This document shows positions 41,547 to 53,386 of a stretch of DNA of 64,000 nt, piece by piece. The notes below the pieces were generated by a model. That model was not told the origin of the DNA. It did no database searches and was given only the letters and a program-made list of their open reading frames with translations. The number at the start of each line of letters is the position of its first letter. Position 1 is the first letter of the stretch. Both the position numbers and the translations under genes were made by a program. Origin of the DNA: Burkholderiaceae bacterium (GTDB lineage Bacteria; Pseudomonadota; Gammaproteobacteria; Burkholderiales; Burkholderiaceae_C); NCBI GenBank assembly GCA_965278985.1, contig OZ257131.1, positions 376,040-440,039 of the forward strand. Direction: 5' to 3'.

Positions 41547-43475
41547 TCACATGGGCGCCAGGGGCGCGGATTCAAGCGCCCGCCGGCGCGCCTGCAACTC
41601 ACGGTAACGCTCCAGCGCGGCCGGGTCGACCCGCGCCGCCTCGATGGCCGCCGTTTCCTGGGCCTTGATGTCTTCCACCACCATGCGGCGCATGAGGTTG
41701 CGCAACTCCTGCAGGGTCTCGGCGTCGTTGCCGCCAGCCGCCATCTCCGACGCCGACATCAGCCGCATGGCCAGCGCTTCGGCCAGGTGGCCCCGCAGGC
41801 CCTCGCGCATCGCGGCCCAGGGCTGGGGACCGTGGCTGTGCAGTTGCTGCTCCAGCCACACGAACAGCGGGCCGTGGGGCGGCGGCAGCGCGCACAACAT
41901 GGCATGGTCCTCGGCGGGGAAGAGGTCCCAGGCCTGCGTGTTACCGAGGAAGATGCGGGCCGCGTGGTCGGCGCGGCTGGCGGGCAGGGACCGGTTGCCA
42001 CCGGAGAACGACGCGAACTCCGACCCGAACGACGACCCACTGGCGAACGGGTCGCGGGCCGCGCCCTTGTTGCGGTTCCACGGCTTGCGGCCATCGCGGC
42101 CCGGTGCGTGGCCCCCACCTGCCTGTGCCGTCTGCGTGGCGTTGCGCGGGCTGGCAGCGCGCGCGGCGGGCTCCCACAGTTCGCCCAGTTCGCGGGGGGC
42201 GAGCTGCACCAGCGCGGCGATCTCTCCGAGCAATTGGCGCTTGAGGGCGCCGTCGGGCATCTGCTTCCAGAGCGGGGCGGCATTGCTGGCCAGGTGCGCA
42301 CGGCCTTCGGCAGTGTTCAGGTCGCAGCCGTCGCGGGCGGAATCCACCAGGAAGCGGCTCAGCGGCACGGCCTCGCTCACGCAGCGCGCGAAGGCTTCCT
42401 TGCCGTGTTCGCGGATGTAGCTGTCGGGATCGTGCTCGGCGGGCAGGAACAGGAACTTGATGCTGCGCACGTCGGTGGCGTAGGGCAGGGCGCCGTCCAG
42501 CGCCTTGCGCGCGGCGCGCCGGCCGGCGGCATCACCGTCGAAGCTGAAGACCACCGCGTCGGTGAAGCGGAAGAGCTTGTGCACATGCTCGGAGGTGCAG
42601 GCCGTGCCCAGTGTGGCCACCGCGTTGGGGAAGCCGAGCTGCGCCAGGGCGACCACATCCATGTAGCCTTCGGTGACCAGCACGTAGCCCTGGTCGCGGA
42701 TCGCGGAGCGGGCCTCGAACAGGCCGTAGAGCTCGCGCCCTTTGCTGAACACCGGCGTCTCGGGCGAATTCAGGTACTTGGGCTTCTCGTCTCCCAGCAC
42801 CCGGCCACCGAAACCGATGCACTCGCCCTTCACGTTGCGGATGGGGAACATCACGCGGTCGCGGAAGCGGTCGTAGCGTTTTTCCTCGCCCTCCGCCTGG
42901 TCCTCGGTGTTGGAGATGACCAGGCCGCTATCGACCAGCAACGCATCGGAATAGTCGGGGAAGACACTCGCCAGACTGCGCCAGCCCTGCGGTGCGTAGC
43001 CCAGGCCGAAGTGCTTGGCGACCTCGCCGCTCAGCCCGCGGCCCTTGAGGTAGTCGATGGCGCGCGGCGCGTTGCGCAGCTGCTGCCGGTAGGCCTCGCC
43101 GGCTTTCTCCAGCACGTCGGTCAGGGTGGCTTGGCGCCGGCGCTGCTCGGCGGCCCGTGCGCGGTCCTGGGGAGAGAGTTCTTCCTCGGGCACCTGCATG
43201 CCATATTGCTGTGCGAGGTCCTTCACAGCCTCGACGAAATTGACGCCGGTGTGCTCGATCAGGAAGCCGATGGCATTGCCGCTCTTGCCGCATCCGAAGC
43301 AGTGGTAGAACTGCTTGCTGGGGCTCACCGTGAACGACGGCGACTTCTCGGAATGGAAAGGGCACAGGCCCTGGTAGTTGGCCCCCGCCTTCTTGAGCTG
43401 CACATGGCGGCCGACGATGTCCACCACGTCGGCGCGGGCGACGAGTTCCTGGATGAAGGCTTGGGGGATGGCCAC
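41547..43475 (-). CDS. dnaG: DNA primase
   Basis: Zinc ribbon CPFHSEKSPSFTVSPSKQFYHCFGCG. TOPRIM core. 642 aa. Immediately upstream of rpoD. Confidence 0.9.
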   Translation of the reverse strand: MAIPQAFIQELVARADVVDIVGRHVQLKKAGANYQGLCPFHSEKSPSFTVSPSKQFYHCFGCGKSGNAIGFLIEHTGVNFVEAVKDLAQQYGMQVPEEELSPQDRARAAEQRRRQATLTDVLEKAGEAYRQQLRNAPRAIDYLKGRGLSGEVAKHFGLGYAPQGWRSLASVFPDYSDALLVDSGLVISNTEDQAEGEEKRYDRFRDRVMFPIRNVKGECIGFGGRVLGDEKPKYLNSPETPVFSKGRELYGLFEARSAIRDQGYVLVTEGYMDVVALAQLGFPNAVATLGTACTSEHVHKLFRFTDAVVFSFDGDAAGRRAARKALDGALPYATDVRSIKFLFLPAEHDPDSYIREHGKEAFARCVSEAVPLSRFLVDSARDGCDLNTAEGRAHLASNAAPLWKQMPDGALKRQLLGEIAALVQLAPRELGELWEPAARAASPRNATQTAQAGGGHAPGRDGRKPWNRNKGAARDPFASGSSFGSEFASFSGGNRSLPASRADHAARIFLGNTQAWDLFPAEDHAMLCALPPPHGPLFVWLEQQLHSHGPQPWAAMREGLRGHLAEALAMRLMSASEMAAGGNDAETLQELRNLMRRMVVEDIKAQETAAIEAARVDPAALERYRELQARRRALESAPLAPM

Positions 43476-43503
43476 TGTGGAAAGAATGCGTGTCGTCGGC
43501 GCC

Positions 43504-45330
43504 CTAGTCGCCCATCACGATGCCTTCGCGGCGCGGGTCGGCGCCGCCCAGCCACATGGGCTTGCCATGCACTTCGCCGCGCGTGAGGGCCTGCAGGCCG
43601 CTGGTCATCTCCGTCTCGCGCACGTCGTGGCCACGCGCCTTCAAGGCGTCGATGGTGGCGGCGGGGAAGCGGTTCTGCTCCAGGGTCGTGGGACCGTTGA
43701 GGGAGGCGAAGTTGGGCAGGTTGATGGCCTGTTGCGGCAGCAGGCCCCAGTTGAGCACGCCGTACAGCGTCTTGGCCGTGTAGTGGATGATCAGCGCGCC
43801 GCCCGGGCTGCCGCCGCTCATCAGCAATTGCCCGCTGGCCTTGTCGAACACCAGCGTGGGGGACATCGAGGAGCGGGGCCGCTTGCCGGGCTCCACGCGG
43901 TTGGCGATGGGCGCGCCAGCGGCGTCGGCAGGGGCGAAGCTGAAGTCCGTGAGCTCGTTGTTGAGCAGGAAACCCCGCACCATCTGGCGCGCGCCGAAGC
44001 CGTCCTCGATGGTGGTGGTCATGGCGATGGCGTGGCCTTGTCCGTCCACGATGGAGATGTGGGAGGTGCCGTATTCAGTCTGCTCTGGCATGGGTGCCCA
44101 GGAGGTGCGGGTGCCACCCGGCGTGCCCGGGCGCCCCACCTTCATGCTCTGCGCATCGGGCGCCGCGCTGATGAGCTGGGCGCGTTGCGCCAGATAAGCC
44201 GGGTCCAGCAGGCTCATCCAGCTGCCTGCGGGCGGTTGCACGAAGGCAGGGTCGGCCACGTAGAGCGCGCGGTCGGCAAAGGCCAGGCGCGAGGCCTCCG
44301 TGTAGAGGTGCAGCCACGGTGCCGATGGCAGGTTGTCCTGCAGCGGCATGCTGCCGGCGGCGGTGTTCTGCAGGATGCCCAGGATCTGGCCCACGGCGAT
44401 CATGCCGGAGCTGGGCGGCGGAAAGCCGCAGATGCGGTAGTCGTTGCCACTGGCGCGGTAGTCGGTGCACAGCGGCGCGCGTTTCACGGCGCGGTAGCCC
44501 GACAGGTCGGACAGCGCGAGCTTGCCGGGGTTGGTGGGGTGGCTGCGCACCTTGTCCACGATGGCCTGGGCCACGTCACCCTCCAGCAGCGCCTTCGAGC
44601 CATCTGCAGCGATCTTGCGCAGCACCTCGGCATAGGCCGGGTTGCGCAGCGTGCTGCCCACGGCCACGGGGCTGCCGTCGGGCTGGTAGAAGTAGGCGGC
44701 GGCTTGCGCATCGTTGCGCAGGAACTTCTCGCTGGCCAGCAGGCCGTTGAGCCGTGGGCTCACCTTGAAACCTTCCTCCGCCAGGCGGATGGCAGGGGCC
44801 AGCAGCTGTGCCCAGGGCAGCTTGCCGTATTGCTGGTGCGCCATCTCGAGCATGCGCACCGTGCCGGGTACGCCCACCGAGCGGCCACCCACCACCGCGT
44901 CGTAGAACGCCAGCGGCTTGTCGTCGGGCCCCAGGAAGAGCTTGCCATCCGCCGCTGCCGGTGCGGTCTCGCGGCCGTCGAAGGCTTCCACGTCCTTGCC
45001 GTTGAAGTGCAGCATGAATGCGCCGCCGCCAATGCCGCTGGACTGCGGCTCCACGAGGCCCAGCACCATCTGCACCGCGATGGCGGCGTCCACGGCGCTG
45101 CCACCCGCCTTGAGCACCTGGTACCCGGCGTCCGTGGCCAGCGGATTGGCTGCCGCCACGGCGAACTTCGCCGTCGCCCAGCCCGGCTTTTCCGTGTAGC
45201 CCGTGGCCGCCTCGGGTTGCTGCGGCACGGTGTAGGCAAAGCCGCCGGGTGCGGACACGCAACCCGCCAGCTGGCAGGCGAGGCCGACCGCGCCGAGCCC
45301 GGTCAACAGGCGCAAGCTGAGGTGCTTCAT
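43504..45330 (-). CDS. ggt: gamma-glutamyltransferase
   Basis: Lipoprotein-type signal, ...LACQLAGC. GGT motifs TTHISIVD and GGSPGG. 608 aa. Confidence 0.85.
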   Translation of the reverse strand: MKHLSLRLLTGLGAVGLACQLAGCVSAPGGFAYTVPQQPEAATGYTEKPGWATAKFAVAAANPLATDAGYQVLKAGGSAVDAAIAVQMVLGLVEPQSSGIGGGAFMLHFNGKDVEAFDGRETAPAAADGKLFLGPDDKPLAFYDAVVGGRSVGVPGTVRMLEMAHQQYGKLPWAQLLAPAIRLAEEGFKVSPRLNGLLASEKFLRNDAQAAAYFYQPDGSPVAVGSTLRNPAYAEVLRKIAADGSKALLEGDVAQAIVDKVRSHPTNPGKLALSDLSGYRAVKRAPLCTDYRASGNDYRICGFPPPSSGMIAVGQILGILQNTAAGSMPLQDNLPSAPWLHLYTEASRLAFADRALYVADPAFVQPPAGSWMSLLDPAYLAQRAQLISAAPDAQSMKVGRPGTPGGTRTSWAPMPEQTEYGTSHISIVDGQGHAIAMTTTIEDGFGARQMVRGFLLNNELTDFSFAPADAAGAPIANRVEPGKRPRSSMSPTLVFDKASGQLLMSGGSPGGALIIHYTAKTLYGVLNWGLLPQQAINLPNFASLNGPTTLEQNRFPAATIDALKARGHDVRETEMTSGLQALTRGEVHGKPMWLGGADPRREGIVMGD

Positions 45331-45407
45331 GGGGAGTCTCCTTGTGGGAAAGGCGGTGAAGGGCCGTGAATGGCGGCTGGGCCGGTGCCGTATGTTGCGG
45401 CGAAGGA

Positions 45408-46166
45408 TCAGCGCGGCGCCAGGCGAATCGCCCCGTCCAGGCGGATCACTTCACCGTTGAGCATGTCGTTCTCGAAGATGTGCAGCGCCAGGCGTGCGTA
45501 GTCTTCGGGGGTGCCCAGGCGCGAGGGGAAGGGCACGGCGGCGGCCAGCGCGTCCTGCACGTCCTTGGGCATGCCGAACATCATGGGCGTGCCGAAGATG
45601 CCCGGGGCGATGGTCATGTTGCGGATGCCGCTGCGGGCGAGGTCGCGCGCGATGGGGAGCGTCATGCCGACAACACCGCCCTTGGACGCGCTGTAGGCCG
45701 CCTGGCCGATCTGGCCGTCGTACGCCGCCACCGACGCGGTGGAGACGATGGCGCCGCGCTCACCGGTGGACTCTGGCTCGTTCTTGGACATGGCATCGGC
45801 CGCGAGGCGGATCATGTTGAAGCTGCCGATCAGGTTCACGGTCACGGTCTTGGTGAACAGGGCGAGGCTGTGGGCGCCGGTCTTGTGCACGGTCTTTTCC
45901 GCCGATGCGATGCCGGCGCAGTTCACCAGCCCCATCAGCTTGCCCAGGGACTGGGCCTTGGCCACTGCGGCCTGGCCATCGGCTTCCTGCGTCACGTCGC
46001 ACTTCACGAAGGCGCCGCCGATTTCCTTGGCCACGGCCTCGCCCTTGTCGACCTGCATGTCAGCTACCACCACGATGGCGCCGTGTGCCGCCAGTTTGCG
46101 TGCCGTGCCCTCGCCGAGGCCCGAAGCGCCGCCCGTGACGATGAAAACCTTGCCCTTGATGTCCAT
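45408..46166 (-). CDS. SDR-family oxidoreductase (3-hydroxyacyl-CoA dehydrogenase type-2-like)
   Basis: TGGASGLG cofactor motif and the YSASK catalytic motif. 252 aa. Confidence 0.8.
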   Translation of the reverse strand: MDIKGKVFIVTGGASGLGEGTARKLAAHGAIVVVADMQVDKGEAVAKEIGGAFVKCDVTQEADGQAAVAKAQSLGKLMGLVNCAGIASAEKTVHKTGAHSLALFTKTVTVNLIGSFNMIRLAADAMSKNEPESTGERGAIVSTASVAAYDGQIGQAAYSASKGGVVGMTLPIARDLARSGIRNMTIAPGIFGTPMMFGMPKDVQDALAAAVPFPSRLGTPEDYARLALHIFENDMLNGEVIRLDGAIRLAPR

Positions 46167-46298
46167 GCTGATGTGTCCTTGTGTGATGGGGGAATGCTGT
46201 CTGGCCAGCGTGCGGCCGGAGCCAAGTCGATTATGGCGTAGCCCCTCCGGAACGGCCCCTTCGTGCTGCTATACTCTTCCGTCTCGAATATCGATTGC

Positions 46299-46375
46299 AG
46301 GCGCGTAGCTCAGCTGGTTAGAGCACCACCTTGACATGGTGGGGGTCGTTGGTTCGAGTCCAATCGCGCCTACCA
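46299..46375 (+). tRNA. tRNA-Val (anticodon GAC)
   Basis: Acceptor AGGCGCG/CGCGCCT. Anticodon arm CCACC-TTGACAT-GGTGG. T-loop TTCGAGT. CCA encoded. Confidence 0.8.
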
Positions 46376-46540
46376 AGAATCGCCCCGTTGCTCCTCTGGA
46401 GGACGGGGCTTTTTGTTGGCCCCGATGTTGCTGTGAGGGTAAACCTCTGACCCGTGGGGCCATGTCCTCCCTACAATTTCTCACTGGTTCGAATGCGGTC
46501 CCGATGGATCCGCTGCCCAGTCCGAAGGAGTCTCACCAGT

Positions 46541-47074
46541 ATGTCCACGCAAGGTGCGGATGCTCCGCGCAAGGCCCAGAGGGTCATCAAGAAGTATCCC
46601 AACCGTCGGCTCTACGACACCACGACCTCGGCCTACATCACGCTGTCCGAAGTGCGCCAGCTGGTGATGGACTGCGAAGCCTTCGCGGTGGTGGACGCCA
46701 AGTCCGGCGAAGACCTCACGCGCAGCATCCTGCTGCAGATCATCCTGGAGCAGGAAGCGAATGGCTCGCCGATGTTCACGGCGCCGGCGCTGGCCAACAT
46801 GATCCGCTTCTACGGCCATGCGATGCAGGGCTTCATGGGTGGCTACCTCGAGAAGAACATGCAGGTGCTGATGGATGTGCAATCCCGCCTGGATGAAAAA
46901 TCCAAGGCCTTCACGCCCGAAGGCTGGACGCAGTTCATGAACATGCAGAACCCCATGCTCCAGGGCGTGATGGGCACGTCGATGGAGCAGTCCCGCGCGC
47001 TGCTGGCGCAGATGCAGGAGCAGATGCAGAAGCAGACCGAGCAGGTCCTCGCCACCCTGGGGCTCAAGCGCTGA
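46541..47074 (+). CDS. phaR: polyhydroxyalkanoate synthesis repressor PhaR
   Basis: Trimmed to Met 46541, preceded by RBS AAGGAG. Canonical PhaR N-terminus IKKYPNRRLYDTTTSAYITLSEVRQLV. Confidence 0.85.
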   Translation: MSTQGADAPRKAQRVIKKYPNRRLYDTTTSAYITLSEVRQLVMDCEAFAVVDAKSGEDLTRSILLQIILEQEANGSPMFTAPALANMIRFYGHAMQGFMGGYLEKNMQVLMDVQSRLDEKSKAFTPEGWTQFMNMQNPMLQGVMGTSMEQSRALLAQMQEQMQKQTEQVLATLGLKR

Positions 47075-47107
47075 GCAGGCTGCGGCGGTCGCGGCGACAA
47101 TAGCGGG

Positions 47108-48517
47108 ATGATCGACGTACTTTCCCCGCCCGCCAGCGCCACCGGCGCGGCAGCCCCCAAGGTGGGGTTCATCAGCCTGGGTTGCCCCAAGGCCCTTACC
47201 GATTCCGAACTGATCCTCACGCAGCTGAGCGCCGAGGGCTACCAGACCTCCAAGACGCTCGACGGCGCGGATCTGGTCATCGTCAACACCTGTGGCTTCA
47301 TCGACGACGCCGTCAAGGAAAGCCTGGACACCATCGGCGAGGCACTGGCCGAGAACGGCCGCGTGATCGTCACGGGCTGCCTGGGTGCCAAGTCCGGCGT
47401 GGACGGTGCCAACCTGGTGCGCCAGGTGCATCCGAAGGTGCTGGCCGTGACCGGCCCGCATGCCACGCAGGAAGTGATGGATGCGGTGCACAGCAACCTG
47501 CCCAAGCCGCACGACCCCTTCGTGGACCTGGTGCCGAACTCCTTCGGCGTGGCGGGCGTCAAGCTCACGCCGCGCCACTACGCCTACCTGAAGATCAGCG
47601 AAGGCTGCAACCACCGCTGTACCTTCTGCATCATTCCCTCCATGCGCGGTGACCTGGTGTCGCGGCCCATCGGCGATGTGCTGAAGGAGGCGCAGGCGCT
47701 GTTCGAAGGTGGCGTGAAGGAGTTGCTGGTGGTGAGCCAGGACACCTCGGCCTATGGCGTCGATGTCAAGTACCGCACCGGCTTCTGGGACGGCAAGCCT
47801 GTGCGCACCCGCATGTTCGAACTGGCCCAGGCGCTGGGCGAGATCGCCGAGCCGCACGGTGCCTGGGTGCGCCTGCACTATGTCTATCCCTATCCCAGCG
47901 TGGACGAGATCATTCCGCTGATGGCCACGGGCAAGGTGCTGCCCTACCTGGACATCCCCTTGCAGCACAGCCATCCCGATGTGCTGCGCCGCATGAAGCG
48001 GCCGGCCAGCGGTGAGCGGCACCTGGAGCGCATCCAGCAGTGGCGCGCGCAGTGCCCCGAACTGATCGTGCGCAGCACCTTCATCGCCGGCTTCCCGGGC
48101 GAGACGGAGGAAGAGTTCGCGCACCTGCTCGACTTCGTGCGGGAGGCGCAGATCGACCGCGCCGGATGTTTCGCCTACAGCCCCGTCGAGGGTGCGGTGG
48201 CGAATGCCATCCCCGGCATGCTGCCGCAGGAGGTGCGTGAGGAACGTCGCGCGCGTTTCATGGCGGTGGCCGAAGAGGTGTCCGCGCAGCGATTGCGCCG
48301 CCGCGTGGGCGCCACGATGCAGGTGCTGGTGGACTCCGCACCCGCGCTGGGCCGCCGCGGTGGCATGGGCCGCAGCTACGCGGACGCGCCGGAGATCGAT
48401 GGCCGCGTGCGGCTGTTGCCGCCGGAGAAGGCCAGCAAGACACTGAAGACCGGGGAGTTCACGCGGGCGCGCATCGTGGCCACCGAAGGCCACGACCTGG
48501 TGGCCGTTCCGGTATGA
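47108..48517 (+). CDS. rimO: ribosomal protein S12 methylthiotransferase
   Basis: MTTase N-terminal domain and radical-SAM CNHRCTFC motif. 469 aa. Confidence 0.85.
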   Translation: MIDVLSPPASATGAAAPKVGFISLGCPKALTDSELILTQLSAEGYQTSKTLDGADLVIVNTCGFIDDAVKESLDTIGEALAENGRVIVTGCLGAKSGVDGANLVRQVHPKVLAVTGPHATQEVMDAVHSNLPKPHDPFVDLVPNSFGVAGVKLTPRHYAYLKISEGCNHRCTFCIIPSMRGDLVSRPIGDVLKEAQALFEGGVKELLVVSQDTSAYGVDVKYRTGFWDGKPVRTRMFELAQALGEIAEPHGAWVRLHYVYPYPSVDEIIPLMATGKVLPYLDIPLQHSHPDVLRRMKRPASGERHLERIQQWRAQCPELIVRSTFIAGFPGETEEEFAHLLDFVREAQIDRAGCFAYSPVEGAVANAIPGMLPQEVREERRARFMAVAEEVSAQRLRRRVGATMQVLVDSAPALGRRGGMGRSYADAPEIDGRVRLLPPEKASKTLKTGEFTRARIVATEGHDLVAVPV

Positions 48518-48590
48518 GCATGGCGCTTGCTGCAAGGGGCTTCGGCCCCCACCAGCGCGCGTTGCAAGTGGCGCAGAGAAGAGCGCAGGC

Positions 48591-48625
48591 AAAAAAAAAC
48601 CGCTGTGTAGTCACAACGGCTTTTT
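48591..48625. terminator. bidirectional rho-independent terminator (A9 - CCGCTGTG..CACAACGG hairpin - T5)
   Basis: Between rimO (+) and the convergent tRNA-Leu (-). Confidence 0.6.
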
Positions 48626-48641
48626 CGCTACCTGCATGTTA

Positions 48642-48726
<85 letters not shown>

Positions 48727-48748
48727 ATTTCAGGAAAGAGAGAAGTAT

Positions 48749-51028
48749 ATCAAGCAAATTACCCAAACCAGCGGGCTGCTGGACGAAGTTGAAGGAATTA
48801 TTCAAGGCCATCGCGATGGGCACGGTTTCGTGGTCCGCGACGATGGCGAGTCGGACATCTACCTGCCGCCCAACGAGATGCGCGCGGTGCTGCACAAGGA
48901 CCGCGTCAAGGTGCGCATCGTGCGCAGCGACCGCAAGGGCCGGCCCGAAGGCCGCGTGGTGGAGATCGTCGAGCGTCCGCGCCAGCCCATCATCGGCCGC
49001 CTGCTGCAGGAAGGCGGCGTGTGGCTGGTCGCCCCCGAGGACAAGCGTTATGGGCAGGACGTCCTGATCCCCAAGGGCGCCACGGGCACGGCCAAGGCTG
49101 GCCAGGTGGTGGTGGTGGACCTGGTGGAGCCGCCCGCTTTGTATGGGCAGCCCGTGGGCCGCATCAAGGAAGTGCTGGGCGAGATCGACGACCCCGGCAT
49201 GGAGATCGAGATCGCGGTGCGCAAGTACAGCGTGCCCCATGTGTTCTCCGATGCCTGCATCGCGCTTGCACGCACGCTGCCCGATCAGGTGCGCCCGCAG
49301 GACAAGAAGCACCGCGTCGACTTGACCGACGTGCCGCTGGTCACCATCGATGGCGAAGACGCACGCGACTTCGACGATGCCGTGTACTGCGAGCCCGCCA
49401 CCTTCGGGCGCGGCAAGTCGGCCAGCAAGGGCTGGCGCGTTCTGGTCGCGATCGCCGATGTGAGCCACTATGTGCAGACCGGCTCGGCCATCGACGTGGA
49501 CGCCTACGACCGCGCGACCAGCGTGTATTTCCCGCGCCGCGTGATCCCGATGCTGCCCGAGAAATTGTCCAACGGCCTGTGTTCGCTGAACCCCGAGGTC
49601 GAGCGCCTGTGCATGGTCTGCGACATGATGGTCGGCGCCGATGGCGAGGTGCGGGCCTACCAGTTCTACCCGGCCGTAATGTGGAGCCATGCGCGCTTCA
49701 CCTACACCGAGGTCGCCGCCATCCTGGCAAATACCAAGGGCCCCGAGGCGCAGAAGCACAAGGACCGCGTGCAGGACCTGATGCACCTGCACGACGTGTA
49801 CCGCGCGCTACTGACGGCGCGCAACCGACGTGGTGCCGTCGACTTCGAGACCGTGGAGACGCAGATCGTCTGCGACGAGAACGGCCGCATCGAGAAGATC
49901 GTGCCACGCACGCGCAACGACGCGCACAAGCTGATCGAAGAAGCCATGCTGGCGGCCAACGTCTGCAGTGCGGATTTCATCCTGCAGAGCAAGCACCCCG
50001 GGCTCTACCGTGTGCACGAAGGCCCGACGCCCGAGAAGAAGGAAATCCTGCGCGGCTACCTCAAGGCCATGGGCGTGGGCATGTCGATCAGCGACGACCC
50101 CACGCCGGGCGAGTTCCAGGCCATCGCGGCCGCGACGCAGGACCGGCCCGACGCGCAGCAGATCCACGCGATGCTGTTGCGCTCCATGCAGCAGGCCATC
50201 TACACGCCCATGAACAGCGGCCATTTCGGCCTGGCGTTCGAGGCTTACACGCATTTCACCAGCCCCATCCGGCGCTACCCCGACCTGCTGGTGCACCGCG
50301 TGATCAAGGCCATCCTGTCCAAGGAGCGCTACCAGTTGCCGACCCTGCCCACACCGGGCGAGGCGCATGCGAAGCTGTCGCGCCGGCTGGAAAAAGGCCT
50401 GGCATCCAAGGTGCGCGAACCGGACCAGAAGCCGCGCAAGATGTCTGCCGACCAACTTGCCTGGCAGGCTGCCGGCCTGCACTGCAGCGCCAACGAGCGC
50501 CGTGCCGACGAGGCCAGCCGCGACGTGGAGGCGTGGCTCAAGTGCAAGTACATGCGCGAGCACCTGGGCGAGGAGTTCGGTGGCGTGGTCAGTGCGGCCA
50601 CCACCTTCGGCATCTTCGTCACGCTGGACGCGATGTATGTCGAGGGCCTGGTGCACATCACGGAGCTGGGCGGCGAGTACTTCCGCTTCGACGAGGCGCG
50701 CCAGGAGCTGCGCGGCGAACGCACGGGCATCCGTTACGCCATCGGTTCGCGCGTGCGTGTGCAAGTGAGCCGCGTCGACCTCGACGGCCGGCGCATCGAC
50801 TTCCGCCTGGTGCGCGAGGGCGAGGAGCCCATGGCGCGCGCCATGCGCGACAAGGGTGCGCCGCAGGTGTCCGATGAGCGGCATGCCGGCGGCAAGCGGG
50901 GTGCGGAATCCTCCACGCGCCCACGCAAGGCAGCCCGATCCGAGAAGCCGGGCCATGGCGCATCGAAGAAGGCTGCACCTGGCAAGTCCGCCGCGGGCAA
51001 ACGCGGGCGGCAGCAAGGGCGCCGATGA
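48749..51028 (+). CDS. rnr: ribonuclease R (start codon uncertain, non-ATG)
   Basis: Conserved from [20 protein letters not shown] (cold-shock-like region) through the RNB domain ([25 protein letters not shown]) and S1, ending in a basic tail. No in-frame ATG/GTG/TTG lies between the antisense tRNA-Leu and the conserved region, and the 5' boundary is only approximate. ATC/ATT/CTG candidates at 48749, 48758 and 48776. First ATG at 48878 would remove conserved residues. Confidence 0.75.
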   Translation: MKQITQTSGLLDEVEGIIQGHRDGHGFVVRDDGESDIYLPPNEMRAVLHKDRVKVRIVRSDRKGRPEGRVVEIVERPRQPIIGRLLQEGGVWLVAPEDKRYGQDVLIPKGATGTAKAGQVVVVDLVEPPALYGQPVGRIKEVLGEIDDPGMEIEIAVRKYSVPHVFSDACIALARTLPDQVRPQDKKHRVDLTDVPLVTIDGEDARDFDDAVYCEPATFGRGKSASKGWRVLVAIADVSHYVQTGSAIDVDAYDRATSVYFPRRVIPMLPEKLSNGLCSLNPEVERLCMVCDMMVGADGEVRAYQFYPAVMWSHARFTYTEVAAILANTKGPEAQKHKDRVQDLMHLHDVYRALLTARNRRGAVDFETVETQIVCDENGRIEKIVPRTRNDAHKLIEEAMLAANVCSADFILQSKHPGLYRVHEGPTPEKKEILRGYLKAMGVGMSISDDPTPGEFQAIAAATQDRPDAQQIHAMLLRSMQQAIYTPMNSGHFGLAFEAYTHFTSPIRRYPDLLVHRVIKAILSKERYQLPTLPTPGEAHAKLSRRLEKGLASKVREPDQKPRKMSADQLAWQAAGLHCSANERRADEASRDVEAWLKCKYMREHLGEEFGGVVSAATTFGIFVTLDAMYVEGLVHITELGGEYFRFDEARQELRGERTGIRYAIGSRVRVQVSRVDLDGRRIDFRLVREGEEPMARAMRDKGAPQVSDERHAGGKRGAESSTRPRKAARSEKPGHGASKKAAPGKSAAGKRGRQQGRR

Positions 51029-51107
51029 GGGCATCGCGGAGGCCGCTGTCTGCAAGGCGGCAGCGTCCACCCGGTGGATGCATGCACAACAAGCGAAGGA
51101 AGCACAC

Positions 51108-51869
51108 ATGAACGTGAAGACGAATTCCAAGGTAGCCATCGTCACGGGGGCAGGCTCCGGTGTGGGGCGTGCCGCGGCCCTGGCCCTGCTGGGCGACGGC
51201 TACCGTGTGGTGCTGGCGGGCCGGCGGCCCGAGCCACTGGAGAAGGTCGCTCAGGAAAGCGGAGCGCTCGAGCGCAGCCTGTGCGTACCGACCGATGTGG
51301 CGCAGGCGGACCAGGTGCAGGCGTTGTTCGAGGCCGCGGTGGCGAAGTTCGGGCGCGTGGACGTGGTGTTCAACAACGCCGGCGTCAACGCGCCGGGCAT
51401 CCCGCTGGAAGACCTCACGCTGGAGCAGTGGCGCAACGTGGTGGACATCAACCTCACCGGCATGTTCCTGTGCATCCAGCAGGCCTTCCGCGTCATGAAG
51501 GCGCAATCGCCGCGCGGCGGGCGCATCATCAACAACGGCTCGATTTCCGCGCATGCGCCGCGGCCCAACTCCATCGCCTACACCTCCACCAAGCATGGCG
51601 TGATGGGGCTGACCAAAACGGCCGCGCTGGACGGGCGCAAGTACGACATCGCCGTAGGCCAGATCGACATCGGCAACGCCGGCACCGACATGGCAGAGCG
51701 CATGGCGCGTGGCGTGCCACAGGCCAACGGCGAGATCGCCGTGGAGCCGTTGATGGACGTCGCCATCGTCGGGCAGTCGGTGTTGTACATGGCCAATCTG
51801 CCACCGGAGGCCAACGTGCTGTTCCACACGGTCATGGCCACCAAGATGCCCTTTGTCGGGCGGGGCTGA
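51108..51869 (+). CDS. SDR-family oxidoreductase
   Basis: Trimmed to Met 51108, preceded by [18 protein letters not shown] cofactor motif, catalytic YTSTK. Confidence 0.8.
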   Translation: MNVKTNSKVAIVTGAGSGVGRAAALALLGDGYRVVLAGRRPEPLEKVAQESGALERSLCVPTDVAQADQVQALFEAAVAKFGRVDVVFNNAGVNAPGIPLEDLTLEQWRNVVDINLTGMFLCIQQAFRVMKAQSPRGGRIINNGSISAHAPRPNSIAYTSTKHGVMGLTKTAALDGRKYDIAVGQIDIGNAGTDMAERMARGVPQANGEIAVEPLMDVAIVGQSVLYMANLPPEANVLFHTVMATKMPFVGRG

Positions 51870-51887
51870 AGCCCGGCGGAAGGTCTG

Positions 51888-53381
51888 TCAGCGCGCGGCG
51901 GAGGCCAGGGGCGTGAGGTTGCGCGCCAGCGCATAGGCATCGAAGCCGCGGCCGGCGGGCCATCGGTCCGCCGCCAGTCCGTGCCGGAATACGGCAGCCC
52001 GGGCCGCGTCGAATGCGGGCAGGCCCTGCGCCAGGGCCGCACCCACGAGGCCGGCCAACACGTCGCCGGTGCCCGCCGTGGCCAGCAGGGCATTGCCCGT
52101 CGGGTTGACGGCGGGTCGCGTCGCGGGTGCGGCGATGACGCTGCCCGAGCCCTTGAGCACCACGGTGCAGTCCCACGTATCGGCCAGCGTCTGGCAGGCG
52201 CGCAGGCGGTCCGCCTGGACCTCGGCCGTAGTGCAACCCAGCAGCCGCGCGGCCTCCAGGGGGTGCGGCGTCAGCACGGTGTGCTGGCCTGCTGCGGCGC
52301 GTGCCCGCAGTGCCTGCTGCAGGGCCGGGTCCTTCGCCACTGCATTGAGCGCATCCGCATCCAGCACCAGCCGTGCCGCCGTGACCAGCAGCTGCGGCAT
52401 GGGTGTGCGGATGGCCTCGCCCCCGCCGCAGCCGCACACCACGGTGCGGTGCGAGGCGTCGAGGGATTCGACGCGGCATTGCATCAGGGCGGGTTGATCG
52501 ACCAGGGCGGTGGCCGCGGCGGAGGGGTCCAGCAGCGCGGCAAAGACCCGTCCGGCGCCGCCGTGCAGCGCGGCCGTGGCCGCCAGGCAGACGGCACCGG
52601 CCATGCCCGTGGCGCCTCCCACCACGACGACGTCGCCGCCGTCGCCCTTGTGGCTGCGGTGGGGGCGCAGGCGGGCTTCGGGCACGCCGGCGAGGTCGGC
52701 GCAGGGCAGGGCGGGGGCATTGGTCCACGGCACGCCCAGGTCGTCCAGCCACACCTCGGCGCTGGCATCGCGCCCCTGGGCCGTGAACAGGCCGGGTTTG
52801 AGCGTCAGCAGGCAGAGCGTGGCAAGCGCCTGCACGGCCACGGGCGCTGCGCTGCCGGTGTCGGCGTCCAGGCCCGTGGGCAGGTCCACGGACAACACGG
52901 GCAGACGCTGCGCCTGCATCTGCGTGATCCATTGCGCCATGCGACCCTCCGGCGGACGCGTGGCGCCGATGCCCAGCAGCGCATCGATGCAGAAGTCGGC
53001 ATCGGGCGGCGGTGTATCGGCGAAGGGAACGCCCGCCGCCAGCGCGCGCCGGCGGCTGGCCGCCGTGTCAGGTGGGGCGCGGTCGTCCGCCCCCAGCCAT
53101 GTCACGAGCACGGGCTTGCCCCAGCGGTGCAGGTGCAGGGCGGCCTCGATGCCGTCGCCGCCGTTGTTGCCGGGCCCCGCCGCCACCCAGATGCAGCGGG
53201 CGTGGGGCGCCATGGCCAGTGCCATGCGGGCGACGGCCAGGCCCGCGCGTTGCATCAGCGTGTGGGGCGGATGCGCGGCAAGCGCCCAGGCCTCGATGGC
53301 GCGGTTGCCCTGCGTATCGAACAGCGGCCAGTCGCGACCCGTATGAATCCGCTGCGGCTGCGGTGCGCGGGCCGGGGCCAT
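51888..53381 (-). CDS. nnr: bifunctional NAD(P)H-hydrate repair enzyme (epimerase + ADP-dependent dehydratase; YjeF_N/YjeF_C)
   Basis: N-terminal YjeF-N (WVAAGPGNNGGDG) and C-terminal carbohydrate-kinase-like dehydratase (HKGDGGDVVVVGG...LTPHPLEAARL). Confidence 0.8.
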   Translation of the reverse strand: MAPARAPQPQRIHTGRDWPLFDTQGNRAIEAWALAAHPPHTLMQRAGLAVARMALAMAPHARCIWVAAGPGNNGGDGIEAALHLHRWGKPVLVTWLGADDRAPPDTAASRRRALAAGVPFADTPPPDADFCIDALLGIGATRPPEGRMAQWITQMQAQRLPVLSVDLPTGLDADTGSAAPVAVQALATLCLLTLKPGLFTAQGRDASAEVWLDDLGVPWTNAPALPCADLAGVPEARLRPHRSHKGDGGDVVVVGGATGMAGAVCLAATAALHGGAGRVFAALLDPSAAATALVDQPALMQCRVESLDASHRTVVCGCGGGEAIRTPMPQLLVTAARLVLDADALNAVAKDPALQQALRARAAAGQHTVLTPHPLEAARLLGCTTAEVQADRLRACQTLADTWDCTVVLKGSGSVIAAPATRPAVNPTGNALLATAGTGDVLAGLVGAALAQGLPAFDAARAAVFRHGLAADRWPAGRGFDAYALARNLTPLASAAR

Positions 53382-53386
53382 GGTGT